Assembly: GCF_009914755.1 (NCBI RefSeq)
Contig: NC_060940.1
Source of the DNA: the human T2T-CHM13v2.0 reference genome, Homo sapiens
Length of the DNA: 64,000 nt
Direction: 5' to 3' (one strand)
The notes under the pieces were generated by a model that worked only from the letters and a program-made list of their open reading frames with translations, did no database searches and was not told where the DNA came from. Positions 1 to 16,360 of this stretch are shown piece after piece (position 1 is the stretch's first letter; every line of letters begins with the position of its first letter). Position numbers and translations under genes: made by a program.

Positions 1-384
1 CTGGCCTGGGGTAGGATCTCAGCTCCATCATACACTCTTAAAGTTCATGGTGAGTGTGGAGGAAACAAGAGGCATTACTACCACGACCTGGCCCCCAGGG
101 CCAGCCCCCACTGAACCCCAAACACGCTCCAGAGCTGAGTAGCAGCTTTCCCCTTTTCATTACTTCTACTGAGCTCCAAGAAGTTAATTAGCTTGTCAAG
201 TTCACACTGCCAGATCATCTCACTTTTTTTTTTTCTAGAGATTCCAGAAATCTGGTTTTTATGTGAAATGTCTTGACTTTTTAATTACTATTTTTTTTAA
301 GCAACAAGAAAAACCATTGTTGAGGCCAAAGAAAAGCCATCTGTAGACCAGATGTGGCCGATGGGCCACCGGTTTGCTTTGGAG

Positions 385-560
385 TTGGGCAGGCTTGGAT
401 TTGCATCCCAGCTCTGCCACTTACGAGATGCATGACCATGTCACTGTTGGTGATGTCCTCATCCGTAGAAGGGCAATGACAGTCACTTTGTATGATTGCG
501 TTTAATTGATCGATGGTTCCTGTGAAGGACCTGGCATATTGCTGGCGCTCAATAGATGGT
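385..560 (+). mobile_element. MIR SINE (degraded)
   Basis: MIR core-like TCCCAGCTCTGCCACTTAC...CCTCATCCGTAGAAGGG and 3' GCTCAATAGATGGTAG. Confidence 0.6.
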
Positions 561-1277
561 AGATCATGGTTATTGTTATGGCAATGGCATTAAATGAAAT
601 CAGGACTATGGTAGGCGGAGGTGTCGGAGGGAGGATGATTATTTTGAGCTTGACAGGTTTTAAGTGTTGAGGAGACACCCAGATGGAGCTGTCCAGAGGC
701 AGCTGGACATGTGGGTGGGGGCTGGAGATTTTCAAATGGGGGAAGGGTGTCTTCCATTGAGAGTTCTTTTTACATGGATGTGAGACTTGTTTTACTCTGT
801 ATAACTTTGTGTTTTGAAAGTTCATGGGCTTCTGATCACTGCCTCCGTATTGGGTGCTCTCATGGCTGTGGTCATTGTTTCCTGGAAAAGAGCACAGTTC
901 CCTGGACTGGCTGCTTTTCCATCAGGAGGTAAATCTGCAAAGAAAAGGTCTAACTGGGGCTGATTCTTAAGGAGAAACCTTAAGTGCATGAGGCAGAGAA
1001 GGCTGAGGGCAGAGGTTCCTCACTTATCATCATGAACGAGGAACAAGGAGTTCAGCGGATGTCAGCCAGCATTGACTGACATCTCTACCTTCTCTACCTG
1101 TGGGGCTTGCTCTCACTTTTTGGAACTCCAATTAGGAGAAAGGAGCTCTCATTTCTGTTCTGCTTTGTATTAAATATTTTCTCTGTGACATTGGCCAAGT
1201 CATCTCTACCTTTGGACCTACGGTCGTTATTTGTAAAGCAAGTATGTTGGGTATGTTATGGTATCTCCATACCTGGG

Positions 1278-1667
1278 CTGTTATTACTTTGCTGGAGATA
1301 CCATAACAAAAGACTGGGTGACTTAAACAACAGAAACTTATTTTCTCACAGTTCTGGAGGCTAGAAGTTCAAGACCAAGGTATCAGCAGGGTTGGTTTCT
1401 TCTGAGGCCTCTGTCCTTGGTAGTAGACGGCCATCTTCTCCTTGTGTCCTCACATGGTCTTCCCTCTGTGTGTGTCTGTGTTCTAACTACCTCTTATTAT
1501 AAAAACACCAGTCATTTTGGGTTAGGGGCCACCCTAATAATCTCATCTTACCTTAATGACCTCTTTAAATACCCTGTCACCAAATATACTCACATTCTGA
1601 AGTGCTATGGGTTAGGATTTCATCATATACATTTAGAGGCAGAGGGGACAAGATTCATTCCATAACA
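1278..1667 (-). mobile_element. MLT1-family MaLR solo LTR
   Basis: CCATAACAAA..CTGGGTGACTTAAACAACAGAAA..TTCTCACAGTTCTGGAGGCTAGAAGT; ends CCATAACA. Confidence 0.75.
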
Positions 1668-1884
1668 GACCAGATCAGCGTTTCCCAAGGTATGTGCTCC
1701 TGTGGTGGTGGGACTGACTTCATATCAAACACAGAAACAGGTCTTGAGGAATAATCAATCTTTCTGATTACATGAGGAAGAAAGTGTTTGATTTAGTACT
1801 AATGTGTCTTTAATTCCTTTCTGATACCTACCAGAGCACATGGTGAGTGGGCCTCAGACACAGAGCTTTGGCAGGCAACCATAT

Positions 1885-2768
1885 CTGTACAAGTTACCTA
1901 TTGCTGCATAACAGTTACCCTCAAACTTAGTGGCTTCAACCAATACACAGTTATTATACCCCAGTTTATATGGGTCAGGAAGTCAGAAGCAACTTGGCTG
2001 GCTGGTTCTGGTTCATGGTTGTATTAGTCAGTTCTAACACTGCTGATAAAGACATACCTGAGACAGTGTAATTTATAAAGAAAAAGAGGTTTAATGGACT
2101 CACAGTTCCACATGGCTGGGGAGGCCTCACAATCATGGCAGAAGGCAAAAGGCACATCTTACATGGCAGCAGGCAAGATAGAATGAGAACCAACTGAAAG
2201 GCGACACCCTTTATAAAACCATCAGATCTCGTGAGACTTATTTGCTACCACGAGAACAGTATGGGGGAAACTGCCCCCATGATTCAGTTATCTCCCACTG
2301 GGTCCCTCCCACAACATGTGGGAATTATGGGAGCTACAATCAAAGATGAGATTTGGGTGGGAACACAGCCAAACCATATCAATGGTCTCTTATGAGATTG
2401 CAGTGATCTAAAGGCTTGTCTGGGACTAGTGGATCCACCTTTCAGGTGGCTCTAGTAAGTGTTGGCTGTTGGGGGAGCCCTCAGCTCCTTATCATATGGG
2501 CCTCTGTACAGACTGCTTGAGTATCCTCACAACATGGCTGGCTTCCTCCAGAATGGGCATTGGAGAAAGCAGGAGAGCAAGGAAAAGGTGTGATGTCTTT
2601 TATGTCCTAGTGTTGGAAATCATATGCCATCAATTTCATAGTATCCTACAGGGAGACTGTGGAATGAATAGAGCACAGGTCAGCCCTATTCATTGTGGGA
2701 GGGAACAACACAAGGATATGAATACCAGAAGGCAAGGATCACTGAGGGCCATCTCAGGCTGGTACACT
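1885..2768 (-). mobile_element. Older MLT1 LTR, interrupted by a THE1 LTR
   Basis: TATTGCTGCATAACA..CTTAGTGGCTT before the THE1; resumes after it with CCTCACAACATGGC..GGGCCATCT. Confidence 0.65.
2020..2381 (-). mobile_element. THE1 solo LTR with 5-bp TSD
   Basis: TGTATTAGTC...GCCAAACCATATCA; TSD ATGGT at 2015-2019 and 2382-2386. Confidence 0.95.
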
Positions 2769-2952
2769 AGAAATTAAGAGTTTTATTTCCCGATTAACTA
2801 TTTTTCTCATTACCTTATCTATATATGCGTGCACAAATATATTTGTACATATATATACATATATGTATATGCATAATTTGGATATACAAATTATATTTGT
2901 ACTACAAATATAATTTCATATAGCATATTATTAGCATTTCATGCACTTTTAA

Positions 2953-3319
<367 letters not shown>

Positions 3320-3387
3320 TGAGATCTATCTGCATTGATATAAACAGATCTGTCCATTGCTTTAAATTATATAAGGATTAGTAAGTA

Positions 3388-3467
3388 TTAGGTTGGTGCA
3401 AAAGTTATTGCAATTTTTAACATTACTTTCAATGGCAAAAGCCACTATTACGTTTGCACCAACCTAA
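3388..3467. mobile_element. MADE1 (Hsmar1-derived 80-bp MITE)
   Basis: TIRs TTAGGTTGGTGCAAA / TTTGCACCAACCTAA, 80 bp long, TA on both sides. Confidence 0.92.
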
Positions 3468-3606
3468 TATATGCCATTTGTATTTATCCATTCCTCTACT
3501 AATGGCCATTTAGATTATTTCCAATTTTTAGCTTTTATAACAATAATAACTGACCATCCTCTTACATGTCCTAGGATAAATAATAAGAGAAATTGCTGGG
3601 TTATAG

Positions 3607-4390
<784 letters not shown>

Positions 4391-4906
4391 AAGGAAGGAA
4401 GGAAGGAGTGGGGGGGCGGGGAGAGGAGGGGAGGGGAGGATTTTAAATTGTGGTAAAAACACATAATATAAAATTTACCATCTTGGCCTTTTTTAAGTGT
4501 TCAGTTTCATAGTGTGAACTATACTCACATTGTTATCCAGCAGATCTCTAGAACTTTTTCATCTTGCAAAACTGAAAGTCTATACAAATTGAACAACTCT
4601 CCATTTCCTCCTAACCCTAGCCCCCGGCAACCGCAATTATTTCTGTTCTCTGAGTTTGACTTCTTTAGATACCTCATATAAGTGGAATCATACAGTATTT
4701 GTCTTTTTATGTCTGGCTCATTTCACTCAGCATAATGTTCATCCGTGTTGTAGCATCTCGTTTTCTGAGGCTGAATAACATCCATCATATGTATCTACCA
4801 CATTTTCTTTATTTATGTATCCATCAATAGACATTTGGGTTGTTTCCATCTCTTGGCTATTGTGAATAATGCTGCTATGAACATGAGTATATAAATTTTA
4901 GTTTTT

Positions 4907-5375
<469 letters not shown>

Positions 5376-5387
5376 TTATTTTCTGGG

Positions 5388-5684
<297 letters not shown>

Positions 5685-8600
5685 ACTGGGTTTGTTTTCT
5701 TGTTTTTGATAGTGGCCATTCAACATTTTAATTTTATACCTCCATGAGAACAAGCAGGATTGGACATCTGTAGGCAATCTCACTTGAACCATGGGGAAGT
5801 TATGGTTCTGGGAAGTTAAATCAGTTGTCCCAAATCACAGGGCTCATCAGTGAATGAGCTAAATCAGAGACTTGTGTGGTTGTGTGGTTCATAAAGCATG
5901 TCCTTCCCCATAAGTTCCCTGGCCTTTAAATTTGCAGTGCTTCTTTAAGAAAAGAAAGGAAGGGGGGAAGAACAGCTCCTTGCTTCTGAATTCCTGCCTG
6001 TTACGTTTCAAACAAGGGGGGAATCTACAGAGGATTGTTGTTCTTGGACCCGTAGGCCAAGGAGCGTTTACCTCCACCTAGAAGGAAGCGGTATCCTTGC
6101 TAATACCCCAGACGGGAAATGTGTGCCCAGAAGATTAGCTCCATTGTGTGGGCCTGGATGCTTTCCACTGGCTTTGTTTATGGGACAGATTGTTTTTGCT
6201 AAGTTGTTTGCTCCGGTGAGTCTCCAAGCTCTTGAGGCCTCCTGGCCCTGGAGAGGGTCAGATTTACGGGTAGCCCGGAGCTTGGGCAGGAAAGGCCCGC
6301 AAAGGAACGGGTCCTCTGGGAGACTTCTGGAGACTGTGGGGCTCCTTGGAAAAGCAAACTTGTGGCCTCATTTTATTTTATTTTTAAAATGGGATATGCA
6401 ATGGGTGTTGCACTGTTCTTCCTTCTTGACTATGGTGCTGATATTTTTGTGTTGCTGTCTACATCTTATGTCTGCTCACCTCTGCGTACTTCCATATGTG
6501 TTGCTGGGATTTGGAGGGGACTTTGGGTTTTGTTTTCCCCATTCTTTCTGCCAGAAGCATCATGCATACATGTTAACAGCACAAGCTCTCAAGCACCCAT
6601 TTGTTCCAAATCAGTTAGCAGATGGGTCCTATAGAATGTGTGGTTAACACTCCCCATTCAGAGGCCACGAGGCATTTCTCCTCGGGTGGTCTCGGTGCTG
6701 TGGTCCTGTGTCTGGCATGCACTGTGGATGCCAGCTGCTAGCATGTACTCTTTCTTCATTGTTGCATCTTCCTACCCACGCACCAAGCCAACCAGACCGC
6801 CTCAACACCCTGAGGTTTATGCTATTCCCAAACCTCAAGAATCTAGGCCAGGCAGTCTGGCAAAGAAAGATATAGAAACAAGGAAGAAATATCAGGCTGC
6901 TTAGCGTCTCTGAGCCTCACCTTTTCTACCTGTACAATGGCATGATGAGGTGGCCCTAGCTCCTGAGGTTATTGAAGGAATCAAGGATATCATAGCTAAA
7001 GCACTTAGCCCAGCACCAGGTACCTGAAAGCACTCAATAAATGGCTCCTATGATCTCCTACATGCCCACCTTGGGCCGAACCTTGTGGTAGGCACACGGG
7101 GAGAGGAAATGAGACGTAATCTTGCCTCTAAGAACTCACCATCAAGTGAGAAAACCTCAATGGACAGACTAATCCATATAGTGCAGTGATAGGAGCACTC
7201 AGTAGTGACTAAACCAGACTGGGAGTATCACGGAAGTCTTCCTGGAGGAGGTGACATCTGAACTGTCACCTTATGAGACTTATGAGACTGAAAAAATGAC
7301 TTCTGCCATTTAGGTGATCCCACCAAAACACGCTGGAGCCTCACATGACAACACTTGGTGTCTAAGACTCCCGTAGTCCCTAGTAAAGGCCTTGTCATTC
7401 ATTCATTCAGTCAGTCAGTCAGTCAGTCAGTCTACTAAGTGTCAATAAACACCAACTGGTGACAAGATGATCCTCACCTAGGTTCTCCACAAGCATTAAA
7501 ATGAGGCCTGTCTCTTTCCTGTCACCAAGCTGCCATTCAGGTCCCAGTTGGCTCTAGGTGTCTCTCATGACAGCGTCCATGGGAAGACAGTGGGGTGGAA
7601 GGCAGGGAGAGCCTTACGGTCCCATGTCTAGCATGTGACCTTTGTCATGCTATTCATGGCGCCGATCTTCATTTTACCCTCATAATCCTGGGAGGTGGCC
7701 CTTATTATTCCCATTTTAAAAGCAAGGAAATTGAGGCTCAGAGAAGGTAGGTGGTTTTCACAGTGACTTCCAGTTTGCTTGTCTGCTATAATCTGGAGAA
7801 AGTAGGAATTCTGTGTACCAGGACTAAACAGTAGCACACGCTCCCTTCACAGCTCAGCTGTGCAAAGCAAAGGTTGCTTCTGGATGTTCCATAACTGCAC
7901 CAATCTTCCTCCCAAGTTTTGCCCATAAGGTCATCATTGATCTAGAGGAACTAGAACCTGCCAATGAATGATATTGCCATATTATCTTGGTTTGAGAGAC
8001 TTTGTCATTTCAGATTTCCTTCCCCTCCTCTGTCTCATCAAGGTGGCATTCGGGATATATAGAAGAGAACCCAATGTTTCGGAATACTGCTCAGGAGGCC
8101 CTTGCTGACCTCTGTGACAATACGGTCCCTTGCCCCAACCCTGTCCCAGCAGGCCACAGTTGCTGGGTCTACAACTGGTAGGCTCCTGGACAGCTGGTGG
8201 TCAACTTAGTCCACTCAAGGCATCTTCCCACTGACCAGCCCTACCTTGGCTCTTTCTGGTGCCAAATTTCATCTGGGGTCTGGTTGCCATGAACCTTTTG
8301 CCCCTGTCTCATTTCTCGTCACCATGCAGCTCTCAGTTTGAGAGCTACTGCACCCTTCCTACAGCAAGTTCAATCAGTCTCACTTATTATCACCATCAGC
8401 ACCTTCTATAGATCCCTCCATAGGGTACCTGGAACATTCTGGAAACTTCTGGATGCAAAATTTGAGCCCTCCCTCTGCCTAACTCTGTTGTAAGCTGATT
8501 TTAATGTTGTCTGTTTCCAGAACGTCACATGGAAAATGATGCAAAAGCTGTTCTGCTTTTGACTTTCTCCAAGCCCTAACACTCGCCTCCTAGGAGTTGT

Positions 8601-9412
8601 GCCTAGATCCCGACACAGCTGACCGCTTCTTGCCTTTCTCTGTCTCTTTTTCTACACTCTCCACTCCACTGGGCTGCAAGACGTTAGCCTTAAAAGTGAA
8701 GAGGGAGGTGACTCAGAGAGTGAAGCCAGCAGACAGATTAGAGAACATATATCAGCAGATATTCGAAAACCTTACCTGTTACACCACCTGCCAAGTTCTT
8801 GGGAGGGTTAAATTCAAGAATGTTTATATGTGCTGTCTGTACAAATGGGGAAAGACCAAAAGAATAGAAAGAACATAGGTTCCAGAATCCAATTGCTTGG
8901 ATTCACATTCTACCTTCATCAGTTAGAAGCAATTCATGTACTCTCCAAACCTCAGTCTGCTCCACTGTAAAATGGAAATGACATTAACCTCTGTCTCACT
9001 GACTTCTGAGAAATGAATGAAATAGTACCTCTGTGTCCATCAGGGCATACGTTTGGATGCTAATAGTCAAATTGCGGTGCCTGTGTCCTCTGGTGCCACC
9101 TGAATAAAAGTGAGGTTTTTTTTGTGAAAGAGAAGAGAGAAATAGATGTTAAGTTCCTAATGAGTGGTATTGGCTGTAGTTGGTAAAGTGGTCTCAGCAG
9201 AGTGTCTAGTAAAGAATAGATACCGGAAAATATTAGCTAGTAGCAGTAGTGTTGGTCATGAACTAAGTCATGCGGGATCTGAAATTTGGGGCTGGCGTCT
9301 ACTTTGTTGCAAGGCAATTAGGAAAGAAAAACTGTGGGGTCCCTTGGAATCACCCAGTGTGACCATTTCAGTTAAGGCACTACTTACTGTTTCTCTGTCA
9401 GATCCCTCTCTA

Positions 9413-9685
<273 letters not shown>

Positions 9686-10743
9686 CTATAAACTCCAATT
9701 GACCTCTGAGTGGCTTTCATTGGACACCAGTTGCAATGCACGGTTCTGTTCTTCTTCCCACGGTGCACAACAGCAAAACCTCATATTGGGTTTCATTTCC
9801 AGCATTTCTTGGCCTGCCCTTTGGAATATGCCAGGCTTTATGCACCCTACCCTTTTGTGTGTCAGCATCTCTCCCCTGCTCCACCGCCCTAAAGGTGCTA
9901 ATCCTCCAGCTCACTGTAAATGGTGACTTTCTTCCAACTGCCACGATCATGTTTCTTAATCAATAGCCTGACTTGTCAGCACCAAGTAAATACAGCTTTG
10001 ATTTGAGGAGAAAGAGGAAGCCAGAGAACACGGCTGCAGAAGCACACAGAGAAGGAATCCTTTCTTCCATAAATTAATTACTTCATTAAGTCAACAAATA
10101 ATAGCAATTCTTTATGCAGTGATTATATACCAGGCACTGCTCTAAGTGCTATATATAATACATATTGACTCATTTAATCCTTACAATCTGTCAAGGTGTT
10201 GTGATGATCCCTATTTACATGTAAGGGAACTAGAGAACAGACAGGTTCATAGTTACTGAACTCTATCATAAGTCAGGCCCTGTGCCTAGCGGCTGGAGAT
10301 GTGGTTGTGAATAAGACAGACGTGAATTCCTGCCTCATAGTGCACAGAGAATACTAAAGGGATATGGATGAAAAACAAACGGGAAATTTACATAGGAATC
10401 TCACATAGTATGTCAATTAGGGATGCTTTTGGCTGCAAGTATCAGGCAACCTCACTATAGTGGCTTAAACCCCAGGGCTTTATCTTTCTCTCCGGAGCAG
10501 AAAATGAGAGCATGCTGGTGCTGGTTCTATGGCTCAAGGATCTTCATGTGTGTGGTCTTTCCCTTATGGTCATAGGATAGCTGGACAGCTCCAGTCATCA
10601 CCCTTGTAATTCAGCAGAAAGATGAAGAAAGGGAAGGGGCAGTCCCTGTAACAGGCAGTGATAGCCAATTTCTGCGTCTCTCCTGGGCCAGATGTGGGTC
10701 AGATGGCGACCTCTGCCTGGGTGGTCACTAAGGAGAAGGGCAC

Positions 10744-11500
10744 TATATTAGTCCGTTCTTACGCTGCTGTTAAGGACATACCTGAGACTGGGTAATTTAT
10801 AAAGAAATAGAGGTTTAATGGACTCACAGTTCATGTGGCTGGGGAGGCCTCACAATCATGGCAGAAGGCAAAAGGCATGTCTTACATGGCAGCAGGCAGG
10901 AGAGACTGAAAGCCAAGCAAAAGGGGAAACCCCTTATAAAACCATCAGAACTCATGAGACTTATTCACTACCATGAGAACAGTATGGGGGAACCACCCCC
11001 ATGATTCAGTCATCTCCCACTGGGTCCCTCCCACAACACATGGGAATTATGGGAGCTATAATTCAAGATGAGATTCGGGTGGGGACACAGCCAAAACTTA
11101 TTACTCTGCTCCCAGCCCCTCCCAAATCTCATGTCCTCACATTTTAAAACTAATCATGCCTTCCCAACCGTCCCCCAAAGTCTTAACTCATTTCAGCATT
11201 AATTCAAAAGTTCATAGTCCAAAGTCTCATCTGAGACAAGGCAAGTCCCTTCTGCCTATGAGCCTGTAAAATCAAAAGCAAGTTAATTACTGCCTAGATA
11301 CAATGGGGGTACAGGCATTGGATAAATACACCCATTCCAAATGGGAGAAATTGGCCAAAATGAAGGGGCTAAATGTTCCATGCAAGTTCAAAATCCAACG
11401 GGGCAGTCAAATCTTAAAGCCCCAAAATGATCTCCTTTGACTCCATGTCTCACATCCAGGTCTCACTGATGCAAGAGGTGGGTTCCCATGGTCTTGGGCA
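10744..11500 (-). mobile_element. THE1 3' LTR (10744-11103) plus ~400 bp of internal sequence
   Basis: THE1 LTR followed by the PPT complement and THE1-int (CCCAAATCTCATGTCCTCACATT..GAGACAAGGCAAGTCCC); GGCAC at 10739-10743 and 11501-11505. Confidence 0.92.
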
Positions 11501-12252
11501 GGCACTGATGGTGAAGGTCAGTCAGCCAACCTACAATGTCAACCACAGGAAATACAATGGAAGAAATCAAACAGGATAATGGGATAGAGGGCTCCTGGAT
11601 ATAAAGTGGTTGGTGGAGGTGATGTTTGAACAGAGACCTCGTGACCCAGAGCCAGCTCTGCAAAGACTTGGGACAGAGTATTCCATACAGAGGACATCAC
11701 AGTGCTAAGACCCTCACTTGGAAGCAAGTGTGGTGAGGCCTTGGGAGAGAGAGAGGTCCAGGGTGGCTGGAGCCTGGGAATAATGGGCAGTGAGGCAAAT
11801 CCAGACCACAGAGGAAGACACAGGGGCCAGAGTGTGCAGGGCCTTTGAGGTCCTATAAGAAGTTTGGATCTTATTCTAAGTGTGGTGGGAAGTTACTGGA
11901 AGCTTTTAATCAGGGGAATCACATGATCTGATTCATGTCTTCAAAGGAATTATTGGGGCAGAAGAGCAGTTGTGAAAGTCACAAGGTTGAGACTTAATTC
12001 TGGGTAATGATACAGCTTTTCCCAGCTCCCACCTTTTCTGCCTCTTGTACATCCACCACCCCCTTTTGATTTCAATGGAGATCCTAGAGGGCTGGACTGC
12101 GTCCTGCTCATCTGTCTCCCTGGGACCTATGCAGAGCCAGGCATGTGGCAGCACTTGGTAAACATTGGTTGGGTTGAACTGGACAGAGGCTCTACTCCAA
12201 GGTTCCCAAGCTCCTGTCAATTACACTCCACTCTTATGGTTTTTGACTATAT

Positions 12253-12477
12253 CAGTGGCTCTTAGCTGGTTGAGTTTGCCTCCCAGGGGACATTTGGCAA
12301 TGTCTGGAGCCATGTTTGGCCGTCACAACCAGAGAGAGAGAGAGCAGGGGATACTACTGGCGTCTAGTGGGTAGAGGCCAAGGATGCTGCTAAACACCCT
12401 ACAGCTCATAGGACAGTCCCCACCACACAGAATTATCTGGCCCCAAGTGCCAATAGTGCTGAGGTTGAGAAAACTTG
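12253..12477. mobile_element. MER20 (hAT-Charlie MITE)
   Basis: CAGTGG..GGGGACATTTGGCAATGTCTGGAG..GAGGTTGAGAAA; 8-bp TSD GACTATAT/GACTAAAT. Confidence 0.9.
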
Positions 12478-13000
12478 GACTAAATCTACATGCCAGTTCT
12501 ATGACGTCCTTAATATTTTCCTTTCAATTAACTGACTTTTTAAATGAAAAACATTAAAGAAATCATGTATCACTCCCCTAAATAAGAAGCCAGTGTCACT
12601 TGCCATAAATAGATGATAATTGAAACATAAATACTCAGAAAACAAAACTTGATTTTATTCTAGCTGGATATTGTTACTAGTCTGAGGCTCTGAGCCTGAA
12701 GCTTGGATTCTCTTTGCTAAAAAGAGTTAGGTCAAGGTCATGAAAGACTGAGGAACTGTTCCAGATTAAATGTGAGTGAAGAAAAATGACAAATAAATGC
12801 AATATGATTGCGGATTGGATCCTGGATCAGAAAAAACTAAAATGACTGAAATGACTTCATTGAGACAATTGGCAGACTTTGAATATGGATTGTATATTGG
12901 GTAATGGCATGGTACCAATATTAAATTTGCTGAATTTGGTAACTACAGTGCGGTTATGGAAGAGAATGTCCTGTTCTTAGGAGATACATGGAGTATTTAG

Positions 13001-13321
<321 letters not shown>

Positions 13322-14315
13322 TGATTCTCAAGTGCTTTTTAAAAAAGTGTGTGTACATGTTGTATGCATATGTATATACACATAGACTTATAGATATGCA
13401 TATACCCAGAAAGACAGACAGACAGACACACACACACACACACACAGAAATGTGGCAAAAATGTAAACAGAGGTAGAATCTAGATAAAGTGTATATAAGA
13501 GATTATTTTACAGTTCTTGCAACTTTTTCTGTAGTCTTGAATTTTTGTAAAATAGAAATTAAAAGCAAGCAAGCAAACAAATAAAAACGCTCCTAAATTT
13601 ACCTCTAACATGACCAAAGTCTCAATTTTTTTCCTCTTTTTTGATACAAGGTCTCACTCTGTCACCTGGGCTGGAGTGCAGTGGTGTGATCATAGCTCAC
13701 CACAGCCTTGACCTCCCAGGCTTCAGCAATTCTCCCATCTCCCTTGATGCATGCCTGTAATCCTACTACTCCACAGGCTGAGGCAGGAGGATCTCCTGAG
13801 CCCAGGAGTTTGAGTCCAGCTTAAACAGCATAGCAAGAACTCCATCTCTAAAAATTAAATTTAAAAGGATTGAAAGCAAACAGAAAGCAGAATGACTTTC
13901 TCACTGTGATTCAGTGTTTTCAGGCAAGGGTCAGTCCAGCCAGAGGCTGCTGCTAGCTCAGCAGTCAGGTCCTCCTCTTCAGTCCAATAAAATAACTAGT
14001 TTTCAGACTCGGTTTTCTCAGCTACAAAATGGAGATAACACAGCGTACTCCAGGTGCAGAATGGGGGCGGGTCTCCCTGCTCTTGGAGGTCTCGATAATA
14101 CTGTCTTGACTCGCCACCTCCACCCACATTCCAGACCCAGGGAAATTCCAATGCCCTTGCAAAGATGTCATCGAATTCCTGGCACCTTACACTCTCACTG
14201 TCACCTAGGGCTCTACTTCCTCCTGTCTCGGCCGACTTATTGTTCTCCCTCTGATTCTTATGGCGATTTATTTGTCTTTACCATCACAGGAATTCAATCC
14301 TGTGCTGTGATTTCC

Positions 14316-14968
14316 AACACACACACAAAGACAAAGACACACACAAACACACCTGGACACACACAAACTCACAAACAGAGGCACACAGAGACAAAGACAC
14401 ACTGAAGCAGACAGACACAACAGTACACACAGACTCAGAGACAGAAACATTCACAGAGACAGACACAGACACACAAAGACACACACAGACACAGTCATAC
14501 AGACACGTACCCATAGACATACAGACACACACGGACACACTCATATAGACACACACCATAGACGTACAGACACATACACACATAGACATTCACAGACACA
14601 CAGACACATGCATACATACCTATAGGCATACAAACACACAGACACACTCATACAAATACACACAGAGAGACATACAGATGCACTCATACACACCCATGGA
14701 CATACCAACACAGAAGCACTCATACAAATACACACATACACACATACAGACACAATCAAAGACATAGATACACTCATACAAATATACACCCATGGACTTA
14801 AAGACACACACAGACAGTACACTCATACAAATACACACACACACACGCATATGCACTCATACAGAACACACATTCACACACATAGATATACAAACACACT
14901 CGTATAGACACACATTCACAGACACACACACAAATACACTCATACAGAACACACATTCACAGACACAC
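14316..14968. repeat. Degenerate (CA)-rich low-complexity tract, ~650 bp
   Basis: Recurring CACAGACA and CACTCATACAAATACAC units. Confidence 0.92.
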
Positions 14969-15698
14969 CAGGTCTGCCTATGTGGCAGACTTCACAAGGT
15001 TCAGGGGCTCTGGAAGGAGTGTTCAACGCACACTTATGAGTATTGGGTATCTTTCTTCAGAATCCCCCAAACATCCTTCCTTTCCAATCTTCTTTTATCT
15101 TGCCTCCCAAATATTCTTCTCCACCTTTTTTCTGATCAGAACAATTCATTTCTTTTCAACTCTCTGATTTTGAGCTCTCCCTGGACTTCCCTTTACATGC
15201 CTTCCCTCTCGTGAATGTGCTCTGCTGAGACCCAGACCTTCCAATCTGGTCTCTTCCTCTCACATCAAGTTTTGCAAGGGGAAAAGACCAGCAGAGAGAC
15301 TGATTTCCCCATCCATGTGAAGCGCGCCACCCACCCTTACACAAGCTTAAAATGCAAAGTGGTCATACTTTGTTTTGTTATGACCATTTAGAGAGGGTTT
15401 TGCATGGGGGGGTGCTGATGTTTCCTTTGTTCTTTACGTGGTAGGATTGTTGGGAGGATTACATGAAATGAGGGAGGAGGAGTCATGGTGGCAGTGGTGG
15501 TATAGACAAGGATTGAGGATTCTATTCTTTTTTAAAAACAATTTTTATTGTTACATAATAATTGTACATATTTATGGGGTACATGTGGCATTTTGATGTG
15601 TAGAATGTGTAATGATCACATCGGGGTATTTAAAATATCCATTACCTTGAACACTTATCATTTATCTGTGCTGGGAACATTTCAAATCTTCTCTTCTA

Positions 15699-16024
<326 letters not shown>

Positions 16025-16360
16025 GAAATATACAATAAATTGTTGTTAACCACAGTTATCCTGCTGTACTATCAAACACTTGAATTCATTCTTTCTATCT
16101 AACTTTATGTTTGTACCCATTAGCCAACCTGTCCTCATCCCCACTCCAACACTTCTGGAAACCACCATTCTACCCTCTGCCTCCATGACAGCACTTTTTT
16201 AGCTTCCACATGTAAGAACATATGATATTTGTTTTTCTGTTCCTCGCTTATTTCATTTAACATAATGGCCTCAAGTTCCATCCATGTTGCTGCAAATGCC
16301 AGGATTTCATTCTTGTTTATGGCTGACTGACATACAATGGTGTTCCATTGTATATATACA

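Noticed and set aside
6123-6647. 174-aa ORF, among the longest non-repeat ORFs
   Set aside because: Starts at GTG, has no recognisable homology and no supporting splice or promoter context
13914-15214. His/Thr- and Cys/Val-rich ORFs
   Set aside because: Artefacts of the (CA)n/(TG)n low-complexity tract
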